Source: Phyllobates terribilis
Lineage: Eukaryota
Length of the DNA: 64,000 bases
Assembly: GCF_046119375.1 (NCBI RefSeq)
Contig: NW_027362761.1
Span: forward strand, 725,214,001 to 725,278,000
Direction of reading: 5' to 3'
The position numbers were made by a program, and so were the translations under genes. Each line of letters starts with the position of its first letter. The stretch's first letter is position 1. Below are positions 1 to 11,211 of the stretch, piece by piece. The notes under the pieces are model-generated. The model was given only the letters and a program-made list of their open reading frames with translations, had not been told where the DNA came from and searched no databases.

Positions 1-1228
1 TGCTGTGTTTTTCAGGATCCCAAAGTTCAGCTTTGCTTCTACCACAGAAGCATGTACACAGGTCACCAATGCAAGACATATGTGAAACCATAAAACTATT
101 TTTGGAAAAAGGGCAATTTGATCAAAATATTTAGTGGTAAAAGATTTTTATGTCTATAAAAATAGTGACTATTCGGAACAAAAGAGTTCATATAAGTTCA
201 TGAAAAAATACACAATTACAAATGTAACAGCGGGGGTGGTGAATTGGTTGGGAATATTTTACCTAAGACTTTGGCAGAGCATTGAGTTTGTAGGACACTG
301 TTTACTTTCACATTTTGGTTAGCCCTTGAGTTGCTCAGGTGATGTTCAATTTCACACTTTGGTCAGCCAATCTACTATATTTTGGAGTGACAATTTGTCC
401 AGAAGAGCATTTGTAATTTGCTTCTGATATTTACCTAGAATATCTGGCTTGCAATCTTCATTCAAATTCACTGCAAAACATTTCAATGAGGTTGAGGTGA
501 AAAAAATATGTGAGCTTGCAAAGTCCTCTCACACCAAATGCAATCAACTGTATCTTTATGGACTTTGCTTTGTGTACAGGGGTACAGTCATGCTGGACCG
601 TCTCCATACTGTTTCCACAAATTTGGGTACATGGTATATTGATGCAGATTTCACTTCACTAAAACCAACTCTATTCATGCCAACCCCTGAGAAACAAGCC
701 CATTGTATTATCACTCCACCTAACTTTACAGTCAACACAATATACAATTATATATTGCATGCATCACTAATTTAATTAAAGTGTACTAATCCTAACTGTC
801 ATCCCAGGTGAGAACACCAAAACATTATGGTTTAAACATGAGAAAATCACAAAAATAAATGGATTTCACATACTACTGTACCTGCTTTTTTTCACTAAAA
901 GCACAGCAAAACCTGATACCTATGTTTTTGCTGCATTTTTGCACTTACTCATTGCTTTCTATGGGTAGAAAACACTGCAAAAACGCTGAAAGAAGTGACA
1001 TGCTGCACAGACAATGGGGCTCTCATTGCAGCAACCGCTTGGTATCAGATTGCTAATAATCTGCAGATTAACCCCACATCTGCAGGTTAATAGCAATATT
1101 TTACATGACAGTTCCCCTTAAAGAAAAAGAACCCTGTATACTCATAGTAGGTGAATAAAATAAGAGCAAAAACTGGCAACTTTTGACATGGTGACAGGCT
1201 TTCTTTAAAGGGGTTGACTTTTATATAA

Positions 1229-1566
1229 GGCTATGTGCACACGATCCGTGCTGTCAGCGCTTCGAACGCAGCATACTTTATGTTCATTAAACCATGCGGA
1301 TTCACCGCAATCAATACATTGCACTGATCTAATTTATCTTGCGTAGACTAGTGACTCCGCTAGAGAAATTGACATGCTGCGGTCTGTAAAGACGCGCCGC
1401 ATGTCCGTGTCCGTGGGTGATCCGCAGGTGCACGGGGATGCATAGTGGGCATGGGATTTCTTGAAATTTCATCCACTTTCCTTGTAATGTAGAATGCTGC
1501 GGTTTGCACGCAGTGCAAGTGCACAGCGTCCAATCCGCAGCATTTGATGACCATGTGCTCATATCC
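1229..1566. mobile_element. PIF/Harbinger-type MITE
   Basis: TIRs GGCTATGTGCACACG (1229-1243) and CATGTGCTCATATCC (1552-1566), 12/15 match; flanked on both sides by the 3-bp TSD TAA (1226-1228, 1567-1569). Confidence 0.75.
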
Positions 1567-1835
1567 TAAGTCCTCAGTGGGATCTGACACCGACAACCAC
1601 ATCGATCAGCTGTTATTTCTTCCAGCAGTATCTGAATGTAAGCCAGGTAAAGCAAAACAGCTCTTATTCTTTGAACAGCTGATTGATATGGGTGCCAGGC
1701 GTAGGAGCTGACCTGATATCGACCTAATCTGACAAGTAGGAAGATTTTTTTTCCTTTTCTAGCTCAAAAATATAATTATTTTGGGGTTAATGGAAAACGG
1801 TTGTTAAAAGTTTGTTGCTGCTGCTTTTTCCACAG

Positions 1836-2595
1836 TGTAAAGCTTCCCGGGGACTGTGCTTAGGGCACGCACGCGCCCCCTCTCTTAATGGGGCCGCGCG
1901 CGCCATCCTAAGGAGTCCCCGGCCAATAGCCGGAGGACCTCCCATATATAAGGCACCTCCTCCAAAATGGAGGTGCCCGAGCAATAGTTGTTGCACAGCA
2001 TACTTATCTCTGCTTCAGCCCTCAGGTCCAGTTGCCAGCCTGACTACTGTTCCAGTCCGCCAGTCTGACTACTCTCCAACCCGACAGTCTGTCTTCCGTT
2101 CAACCCGCCAGTCTGTCTATGGGCAAGTCCGTCTGCTTACCAGGAAGCACCTGCCAGTTACCTGCCTGCTACCTGCCGTGCCTGCTAGCCCGCTCACCTG
2201 GGAGCACTCGCCTGTTACCAGCCTGTTACCTGATAACCTACCTGGAGGCGCCTGCTGTCACTTGCCGTGACTACCTGTCTGCTAAACCTAGAGACTTCAG
2301 CCTGCTCTGCCGTCACGTGCCGTGACCACCTGTCAACTAACCCAGAGACTTCTGCCTGCTTGTTGTGTCCATCTGCTATACCGGTCAGTCCCAGTCTGCT
2401 GACCCGTGGGAGCCACCTGCTCTCTTACAAGGTCGTCCCCAGAGTAGCACCTGGTCCCACTGCTCGGTCCCTCCCTGGTCACGGAGTCGCTAGCCGCCGT
2501 ACGACCAGGGTCGGTCTGAGTTGAAACTTAGTTACGCCCCTCTGGGTCCCTCCTTGCACCGCGGCACAGAGGTTCCACCACCCGGATCCGTAACA
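1836..2595 (+). repeat. 5' LTR of the sushi-type element (U3 start truncated or rearranged)
   Basis: From about 1903 it is colinear with 6911-7548. CCAAT box at 1923, TATATAA at 1945, ends ...CCGTAACA at 2595. Confidence 0.9.
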
Positions 2596-2597
2596 GT

Positions 2598-2607
2598 TTG
2601 CTCGGGC
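2598..2607 (+). promoter_or_regulatory. Self-priming primer-binding site
   Basis: TTGCTCGGGC lies just after the 5' LTR, lacks the TGG start of a tRNA PBS, and is the exact reverse complement of GCCCGAGCAA at 1975-1984, 30 nt after the TATA box. Confidence 0.8.
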
Positions 2608-2608
2608 C

Positions 2609-3559
2609 ATGGAACCCAGTGGCACCCAAGCTCCCTCGCTCTCTGATCTATGCCAGGAAGTGTCCCGTCAGAGATCCCAACAGGAAACCCTCCTGAACTT
2701 CCTGCGGAGTGTCAACTCCCACCTGGACACACTGCCTGTTCCTTCTGCGTCCACCTCGAGTCGTATGACTCCCGCTCCGGCAGCGCCGCTGCCCACCAAT
2801 ACCATGGTATCCAGCCCCGGTCCCCGGCTTTCTGCACCTCCACGTTTTGCTGGCAACCCCGCCTTAGCTCAGGGTTTCATAAACCAGTGCACCCTGCACT
2901 TTGAACTCTTGGCTCATCAGTTCATCTCCGACCGGGCCAAAGTGGCCTTCATCATGTCCCATCTCACTGGGGAAGCACTGGCATGGCTAAATCCCCTGTG
3001 GGAGAGAGGGGATCCCCTGGTGTCCGACCTATCGTCTTTCCTCGCTGCTTTCCGGAGAGTCTTCGATGAACCAGGACGAAAATCCTCTTCAGCCTCCTCT
3101 CTGCTATGTCTCCGCCAAGAAAGTCTCACCGTGGGCCAATATGCCATACGGTTCCGTACCCTCGCTTCTGAGCTTGCCTGGGATAACGAGGCTCTGGTGT
3201 CCGTCTTCTGGAAGGGTCTTTCCGGTCGGATTAAGGATGAGCTAGCCGGTCGGGACATTGCTACCACCCTGGATGACCTGGTGTCACTCGCTATCTGGAT
3301 TGACATCCGGTTCCAAGAACGCACCAAAGAGACCACCCGGGAGAGAAAATTCCTCCGCCTTGCTCCTACTTTCCAGAGACCTGCCTCTCAACCAGTCACT
3401 CCCCGGGCGCACTCGCCCGAACCCATGCAGATCGACCAGACCAAAATGGTCAAATATCGCCAAGAGTCACGTCGAGCCAAGGGGAGCTGTTTCTATTGTG
3501 GCAGTAAAGAGCACCTGATCCGTTCCTGCCCGGAGACGTCGGGAAACTTCAGTGTCTAG
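2609..3559 (+). CDS. gag: Gag (retrotransposon Gag, RTL1/PEG10-like capsid plus CCHC zinc knuckle), 316 aa, open
   Basis: PPRFAGNP..QGFINQC..HF motif, RAKVAFIMSHLTGEALAW, EPMQID, and CFYCGSKEHLIRSC zinc knuckle. Confidence 0.93.
   Translation: MEPSGTQAPSLSDLCQEVSRQRSQQETLLNFLRSVNSHLDTLPVPSASTSSRMTPAPAAPLPTNTMVSSPGPRLSAPPRFAGNPALAQGFINQCTLHFELLAHQFISDRAKVAFIMSHLTGEALAWLNPLWERGDPLVSDLSSFLAAFRRVFDEPGRKSSSASSLLCLRQESLTVGQYAIRFRTLASELAWDNEALVSVFWKGLSGRIKDELAGRDIATTLDDLVSLAIWIDIRFQERTKETTRERKFLRLAPTFQRPASQPVTPRAHSPEPMQIDQTKMVKYRQESRRAKGSCFYCGSKEHLIRSCPETSGNFSV
3541..3547 (+). promoter_or_regulatory. -1 ribosomal frameshift slippery heptamer G GGA AAC
   Basis: GGGAAAC is in the correct phase at the gag 3' end (same heptamer as PEG10). 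The -1 frame leads into the protease LDSGA motif at 3664-3678. Confidence 0.8.
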
Positions 3560-6500
3560 GAACGCTCGGAGAGGTCGTCCTAGGCAAAAGTAAGCCCTCT
3601 CCATCCCTGACTTTGTCTGTCTCTATCTCCTGAGGAGAGAACCGTCTCTTTGAAATTGCTCATCTGGATTCTGGAGCTGCTGGAAACCTCATTTCCCAGT
3701 CCCTGGTAGAGAGATACCGAATTCCCACCAAACCTCTGGCTGAACCATTGTCCGTCGCCTCCGTGGATGGAAGACTCCTTCCGGTGACCATCCTGCTCGT
3801 CACTGAGCCCATAACCCTGCAGGTGGGAAATGCTGCACTCGGAGAAAATCTCCTTCCATGTGCTGCCCGGACACTCTTACTCCCTATTGCTAGGTCTACC
3901 CTGACTCCAGACACATGAACCTGTGCTGAACTGGCAATCCGATGAAGTACTCCAGTGGGGGCAGGACTGCCATAGGACCTGCCTGATTCCGGTTCGCCCG
4001 ACTCGTCCACCACCTACCCCAGCTAATTTACCCGGTCTACCGGCTCCTTACTGGTCCTACGCGGATGTCTTCGGTAAAAAGGAAGCAGAGACACTGCCAC
4101 CTCATAGGCCATATGATTGCCCGATCGAGCTGGTACCTGGCGCCACTCCACCCCGTGGGCGTATTTACCCGTTGTCGGCGGCCGAAACCCGGGCCATGTC
4201 TGAGTACATTGAGGAGAATCTGGCTAGGGGATTCATCCGGAAATCTACCTCCCCGGCTGGAGCCGGATTCTTCTTTGTCAAGAAGAAGGATGGCTCGCTA
4301 CGCCCCTGTATTGATTATAGAGGACTCAATCAGATCACGGTAAAAAACAAATATCCCCTGCTGCTCATCTCCGAGTTGTTTGATCGTCTTAAGGGCGCCA
4401 GGATCTTTTCCAAGCTGGATCTATGTGGAGCGTATAACCTGGTCCGAATCCGTCAAGGAGATGAATGGAAGACGGCATTCAATACCCGGGACGGTCACTA
4501 TGAATACCGTGTGATGCCCTTTGGTCTCTGCAATGCTCCCGCTGTCTTCCAAGAATTGGTCAACAACATCTTCCATGATCTTCTTTACTCCTGCGTGGTG
4601 GTATACCTGGACGATATCTTGGTCTTCTCTCCGGATCTTCTCACACACCGGAGGGATGTTCGTCAGGTCCTGCTTAGGCTCAGGCAGAACCACCTTTATG
4701 CAAAATACGAGAAGCGCCTCTTCGAGCAGACCTCTCTTCCATTCCTGGGCTACGTTATCTCCCAGACAGGCTTACGAATGGATCCCGAGAAACTCTCTGC
4801 TGTCCTAAAGTGGCCCCGTCCGGAGGAGTTGAAGGCGATTCAGCGGTTCCTGGGCTTCGCCAACTTCTATCGTCTCTTCATTCCGCACTTCTCTTCCCGG
4901 ACTGCTCCCATATCTGTGCTCACCCGTAAGGGAGCAAATCCTAAGGTATGGTCGCCCGAAGCTGAGGAGGCCTTCCTCTCCTTTAAGCAAGCCTTCTCCT
5001 CTGCACCGGTACTGCACTGTCCGGACTGCAACAAACAATTCTACCTGGAGGTTGATGCTTCCACCTCCGGAGCCGGAGCAGTGCTCACCCAAAAGTCTTC
5101 ATCCGGGAGAATGGTAACCTGCGGCTTCTTCTCCAAACTCTTCTCCTCGTCTGAGCGCAACTACTCCATTGGAGACCGAGAATTGTTAGCCATTAAATTG
5201 GCGCTGGAGGAATGGCGCTACCTGCTTGAAGGGGCTCTATACCTGGTGATCATCTATACGGATCACAAAAATCTGGCATATCTCCAAAATGCCCAAAGAC
5301 TCAATCCGCGTCTGGCCCGGTGGTCTTTGTTCTTCACCCGCTTCGACTTCGTCCTACACTTCCGCCCGGCGGACAAGAATGTCAAAGCCGACGCCTTGTC
5401 CCAATCCTTCCTGTCCTCCGATCAAGAGGAGGAGCCTTTGCACATCATCGACCCCTCCAAGGTGATGAAAGTGGTCCTCTTGGATCTGATTCGTCTTCCA
5501 CCCGGTAAGAAGTTTGTAGCAGTACCAGATCGTGAGAAGGTTCTTCGCTGGGGTCATTCATCTAAACTAGCCGGCCATGCTGGCCAAAAGAAGACCTTCC
5601 TGCTCATCTCCCGGCATTACTGGTGGCCTACCCTGCACAAGGATGTGGTAGACTTCGTCTCAGCCTGTTCGTCCTGTGCCCGCAACAAAGTTCCCAGACA
5701 TCTACCAGCCGGTCATCTCCTGCCTCTTCCCGTACCTGATGCCCCGTGGCAACACATTGCTATGGACTTTAGTACAGATCTCCCTGTCTCTGCCGGTTGT
5801 ACAGTCATTTGGGTGGTCGGCCAACCGCTTCTCTAAAATGGCCCACTTTATCCCTCTGCCTGGTCTCCCATCTGCATCAGAGCTAGCTAAAGACTTCTTC
5901 CTTCACATCTTCCGTCTCCATGGCCTACCCCTCCACATCGTGTCAGATCGAGGGGTTCAGTTCACCTCACGTTTCTGGAGAGCTATGTGTAAGCTGCTGG
6001 ATGTCACCCTGGATTTCTCCTCCGCTTACCATCCACAGTCCAATGGTCAAGTGGAGCGGATCAACCAGATCCTTACCAGCTACCTCCGGCACTTTGTTAA
6101 CTCTCACCATACTGATTGGGTGGATCTCCTGCCATGGGCCGAATTCTCCTACAACAACCATTAGAGCGAATCGTCTTCCAAGTCTCCGTTCTTTATAGTC
6201 TATGGTCAACATCCCCGGATTCCGTTTCCCGTCTCCGCTTCTGTGGACAACCCTGCCGCGGAGTTTCTGGTCAGCGAATTTTCCACCATTTTGGAGAATA
6301 CTAGGTCCGCACTTCTTCAGTCCTCTGAGCGGATGAAGAGACATGCTGACAAGAGACGTCTGGATCCGCCTCAATTCCGTCCGGGAGACAAGGTTTGGCT
6401 CTCCTCCAAACATATTCGGCTCAAAATACCCTCCTACAAGTTGGGTCCTCGGTTCATCGGTCCATTTGAAGTCCTTAAACAAATCAATCCAGTGGCCTAC

Positions 6501-6811
6501 AAATTAAAACTCCCAGCCACCTTACGAATTCCCAACTCCTTCCACGTATCTCTCCTCAAACCAGTTGTCTTTAATTCTTTTTCCAACAATCCAGGTTCTT
6601 CCCCTGCTCCGGTTTCCGCTGAGGACGTTTTTGAGGTAGAGAATATTCTGGCCACCAAAAGGGTAAGAGGAAAAACCTTTTTTCTGGTGGATTGGAAGGG
6701 GTTTGGCCCAGAGGAGAGAACTTGGGAACCCAGGGAGAACATCCATGCTCCGCTTCTCCTTGAAAAATTTCTTTCTGGCCTAAAAAAGAGGGGGCGTAAA
6801 GGGGGGGGTAC
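3547..6811 (+). pseudogene. pol: pol (protease, RT, RNase H, integrase, GPY/F, chromodomain), disrupted
   Basis: LDSGA; YLDD; EVDAS/IYTDHKNL RNase H; HHCC and SDRG..SNGQVE integrase; chromodomain VFEVENIL..FLVDWKGFGPEERTWEP. Stops at 3631, 3902 and 6162; frameshifts near 3830 and 5820. Confidence 0.95.
6782..6810 (+). promoter_or_regulatory. Polypurine tract
   Basis: AAAAAAGAGGGGGCGTAAAGGGGGGGGTA immediately before the TGTAGC start of the 3' LTR. Confidence 0.8.
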
Positions 6812-7548
6812 TGTAGCATTGGCGTCTCTGCCTCCTGCCAGGCAGAGACGCCGTCCCTCTCACCTCCCCGCTCTCCGCGCGGCATCCTCCTGCGCTACTC
6901 TTCCTGCTGCTGCCATCCTAAGGAGTCCCCGGCCAATAGCCGGAGGACCACCCATATATAAGGCACCTCCTCCAAAATGGAGGTGCCCGAGCAATAGTTG
7001 TTGCACAGCATACTTATCTCTGCTTCAGCCCTCAGGTCCAGTTGCCAGCCTGACTACTGTTCCAGTCCGCCAGTCTGACTACTCTCCAGCCCGACAGTCT
7101 GTCTTCCGTTCAACCCGCCAGTCTGTCTATGGGCAAGTCCGTCTGCTTACCAGGAAGCACTCGCCTGTTACCTGCCTGTTACCTGATAGCCTACCTGGAG
7201 GCTCCTGCTGTCACTTGCCGTGACTACCTGTCTGCTAAACCTAGAGACTTCAGCCTGCTCTGCCGTCACGTGCCTTGACCACCTGTCAACTAACCCAGAG
7301 ACTTCTGCCTGCTTGTTGTGTCCATCCGCTATACCGGTCAGTCCCAGTCTGCTGACCCATGGGAGCCACCTGCTCTCTTACAAGGTCGTCCCCAGAGTAG
7401 CACCTGGTCCCACTGCTCGGTCCCTCCATGGTCACGGAGTCGTTAGCCGCCGTACGACCAGGGTCGGTCTGAGTTGATGCTTAGCAACGCCCCTCTGGGG
7501 CCCTTCTTGCACCGCGGCACAGAGGTTCCATCACCCGGATCCATAACA
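6812..7548 (+). repeat. 3' LTR of the sushi-type element
   Basis: TG...CA ends (TGTAGC...ATAACA); highly similar to the 5' LTR except in U3 and for a 57-bp indel. Confidence 0.93.
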
Positions 7549-7859
7549 ATTGTGCTGCTTCATTGCTATGCAATAAGGTTTTCCCCTCATTAGAAGTTTG
7601 TCCTTCCTCTCTCTCTGTCTCTCTCTCTTTGATGTAACTCTGATGTCAGTAACCCCTCCCTTCTGCATTCTTCTTCCTCATTCACTGAACCCCTATGACG
7701 GAAACTAAAGGTACAAGTGCTTCTCACTAAATTAGAATATCATCAAAAAGTAAATTTATTTCAGTTCTTCAATACAAAAAGTGAAACTCATACATTATTA
7801 GTCATTACAAACAGAGTGATTTATTTCTGTTAATGTTGATGATTATGGCTTACAGCCAG

Positions 7860-10497
7860 CTCCCTAGGTACAGCATGAGGCCGCACATAGCTCCCTAGGT
7901 ACAGTATGAGGCCGCACATAACACACTAGGTACAGTATGTGTAACATCCCTGGCAGCGTGCTTGCATAGTGCACCGCCTCCCACTATGCAAGACCGCAAA
8001 CTTGCCTGTCAGTCCAGCCTACAAACCTTGCTCCAGTTCATGCTGTGTGCATGTCTCTTGACTGACTGCTTAGGGCGGCGGCCCGGTTACTTCCTGATTC
8101 TTATAGCTGCTGTGGGCGCACCCCTAATGAGTCTCCAGCCTATTGCTGTGAGTCACTGGATATTTAAACCCCCTCCACCCAGAAGGAGGAGCCTGAGCAA
8201 CACCTTCACTCAGTTAGTCTTTGCTACTGAATTGCCAGGTCCTGTCCTGTTTCTAGTCTGTTTCCGCCACTCTGGGGGCTGTATACCCAGGCCTGTTACC
8301 TGTGACTTCTAGTCTGTTTCCGCCACTCTGGGGGCTGTATACCCAGGCTCGTTCTTGTATCTCATTGCAGTAGCAGTTCCTGTCTGAATTGTATCCTAGC
8401 CTGTTACCTGTTTGTCTCTATGTCCGTACCTTCCCTTTTCCTGCAGTATCTGAACCTGCACCTAACTCCAACTCATTGTCTCTGTACTTCTGTTTGTGAG
8501 TTTTGTGTCCACTCGCTACTTCATAGGAAGTACCTTGTGTGTATCTGGTTCTGCTTGTCCCTTTTCCCTTCCTCTGTATCTTCCTCCTGTGTTCTAGCCA
8601 TCTTTCTGTATTTTCCAGTCTGTTCCATGTGAACAGAGCCCTGTCCTCTCTGCCTTGTCCACCGCACCTGCGGTTTCGCTCCGCTCTGTCTTGCCCACCA
8701 CTTCGGCAGTTTCTCTCTGCTCTGACTTGCCCACCGCTTCGGCGGCTTCCCTCTGCTCTGCCTTACCCACCGCTCCGGCGGTTTCTCTCTGCTCTGACTT
8801 GCCCACTGCTCCGGCGGCTTCCCTCTGCTCTGCCTTACCCACCACTCTGGCGGCTTCTCTCTGCTCTGACTTGCCTACCGCTCCGGCGGCTTCTCTCTGC
8901 TCTGCCTTGCTCACCGCACCTGCGGTTTCTCTCTGCTCTGACTTGCCTACCGCTCCGGCGGCTTCTCTCTGCTCTGCCTTGCCCACCGCTCTGGCGGCTT
9001 CTTTCTGCTCTGCCTTGCCCACCGCTCCGGCAGCTTCTTTCTGCTCTGCCTTGCCCACCGCTCCGGCGGTTCCGCTCTGCTCTGCCTTGTCTACCGCACC
9101 TGCGGCTTCTCTCTGCTCTGCCTTGTCCACCGCTCCGGCGGTTCCACTCTGCTCTGCCTTGCCCACCGCACCTGCGGTTTTCGCTCCGCTCTGCTTGCTC
9201 ACCGCACCAGCAGTTCCTCTCTGCTCTGCCTTGTCCTCCGCTCCAGCGGTTTCGCTTTACTCTGCTTGTCTACCGCATCTGCGGCTCTGTACCTGTCTCC
9301 CAGTCTGTACTGGACCCTATCCAGCCTGCGCTCCAACCTGTTAGTACCTCCCTGTCTGCACTCCAGCCGTGCTTGCCAGTATCTCCCTGTCTGCATACCA
9401 GCCGTGCTTGCCAGTTGCCACCTGTCTGCATACCAGCCGTGCTTGCCAGTGCCCACCTGTCTGCATACCAGCCGTACTTGCCAGTACCCACCTGTCTGCA
9501 TACCAGCTGTACTTGCCAATACTCACCTGCCTGTATGCCAGTCTAACCTGCCTGTTCCTGCATTCCCCGGTGTGGGTCAACAACTGTGACCGGGGTCTGA
9601 CCTGGATTCGCACCTGGTCCCTCTGCTCGGTTCCTCCTTGGTCCACGGAGTCGAATAAGCCGCAGTGCGACCTTGGTATCGGGTTGATACTTAGTTACGC
9701 CCCTCCAGGCACTCCTCGGTTCATGGTACAGTGGGATCACTAATCCCGCTCTCGCCAGTCAGTCTGGGCGCGAGCGTAACAGTATGAGGCTGCACGTAGC
9801 TCCCTGGGTACAGTATGAGGCTGCATACAACTCCCTGGGAACAGTATGAGGCAGCACATAGCTCCCTAGGTACAGTATGAGGCCGCATACAACTCCCTGG
9901 GTATAGTATGAGGCCGCATGTAGCTTCCAGGGTATAGTATGAGGCTGCATTTAGCTCCCTGGGTACAGTGTGAGGCTGCATGTAGCTCCCTGGGTACAGT
10001 GTGAGGCCGCACATAGCTCCCTGGGTACAGTATGAGGCCGCATACAACTCCCTGGGTACAGTATGAGGCCGCATACAACTCCCTGGGTACAGTGTGAGGC
10101 CGCATGTAGCTCCCTGGGTACAGTGTGAGGCCGCACATTGCTCCCTGGGTACAGTGTGAGGCCGCACGTAGCTCCCTGGGTACAGTGTGAGGCTGCATGT
10201 AGCTCCCTGGATTCAGTATTAGGCTGCACGTAGCTCCCTGGATACAGTATGAGGCCGCACACAACTCCCTGGGTACAGTATGAGGCCGCACGTAGCTCCC
10301 TGGGTACAGTATGAGGCAGCAAGCAGCTCCCTTGGTACAGTATGAGGCTGCATGCAGCTCCCTGGGTACAGTATGAGGCCGCATGTAGCTCCCTGGGTAC
10401 AGTATGAGGCTGCACGTATCTCCCTAGGTACAGAATGAGGCCACACGTAGCTCCCTGGGTATAGTATGAGGCCACAGGTAGCTCACTAGGTACAGTA
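7860..10497. repeat. 32-bp minisatellite (GTACAGTATGAGGCCGCACGTAGCTCCCTGGG)n split by a solo LTR
   Basis: About 2.5 units at 7860-7939 and about 22 units at 9782-10497. It explains the overlapping repetitive ORFs at 9721-10502. Confidence 0.95.
7940..9781 (+). mobile_element. Solo LTR (family B) with internal 36-bp VNTR
   Basis: TGTAACA...GTAACA ends, perfect 5-bp TSD GTATG (7935-7939, 9782-9786), TATA-like TATTTAAA at 8161; homologous to 44584-46333. Confidence 0.93.
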
Positions 10498-10987
10498 CAC
10501 ACACACAGTCACACATGCAGTCAGACACCAGCAGCCACACACACACAAAATCATTCACATGCAGTCACACACGCAGTCATGTATATATGTGCAGACTTGC
10601 ACATATACGGGTCGCAGAAATATGCGCACACACACACACAAATACAGACTTATACAAAGACACATACAGGCCTAAACATATTTGAAGACATGCAGAAAAA
10701 TACATATATACAGACATATCACACATACATAGATAAACACAATCATACATGCACACAGACACACAGGGGGTAAGTTGGGAACCAGCTTGTCTCCCGTCCA
10801 GCTCCTCTCCGGTGGTAAGCAATGGGCGCACACTGCGTGATATCACTTCAGCAGACACGGTCGCGCACAGGGCCATGTCTGTTATCTGTGCACAGCTGCT
10901 GGGGGAGCGGCCCGGGGCCCTCCCCGACCCAGTCCACCCCTGCTTGTCGAGATATGTGCGCCGCATCGGCGGCACGGCGCACAAAAC

Positions 10988-11068
10988 ATTATAATGAGGG
11001 CAATCTGGCCATGGGCCCCCCCAGAGCCCTTGGCCCTGGGAGGTAGCCCAGATTGCCCTCATTATAAT
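10988..11068. repeat. Short foldback (mini-MITE remnant)
   Basis: Perfect 21-bp inverted repeat ATTATAATGAGGGCAATCTGG (10988-11008 and 11048-11068) around a 39-nt spacer. Confidence 0.75.
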
Positions 11069-11211
11069 CCGCCTATGAATGGACACCTGAATTAGGCATT
11101 ATGGCACATATTTTCATCACATGAATCTGTGTGCAGATTCATACCAAACAGTCGATTTCTGGACTAATACTTTGCTGAAGTCTATTTTTCCTGTGGATGT
11201 TCAATTCAATT

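Larger units (their letters stand above)
1836..7548 (+). mobile_element. Gypsy/Metaviridae chromovirus LTR retrotransposon, Tf1/sushi (RTL1/PEG10-like) group, decayed
   Basis: Two LTRs, gag with CCHC knuckle, pol order PR-RT-RH-IN-chromodomain, PPT before the 3' LTR. The left boundary is uncertain because no TSD was found. Confidence 0.95.

Noticed and set aside
435-470. 36-bp minus-strand candidate exon (NLNEDCKPDIL)
   Set aside because: Splice signals are plausible, but it is too short to assign and no partner exon could be linked.
8539-9589. Long Cys/Pro/Leu-rich and Ala/Ser-rich ORFs (335, 229, 202 aa)
   Set aside because: They are translations of the 36-bp VNTR inside a solo LTR; all frames are open because the unit is a stop-free multiple of three.
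9721-10502. Overlapping repetitive ORFs on the minus strand
   Set aside because: Products of the 32-bp minisatellite.
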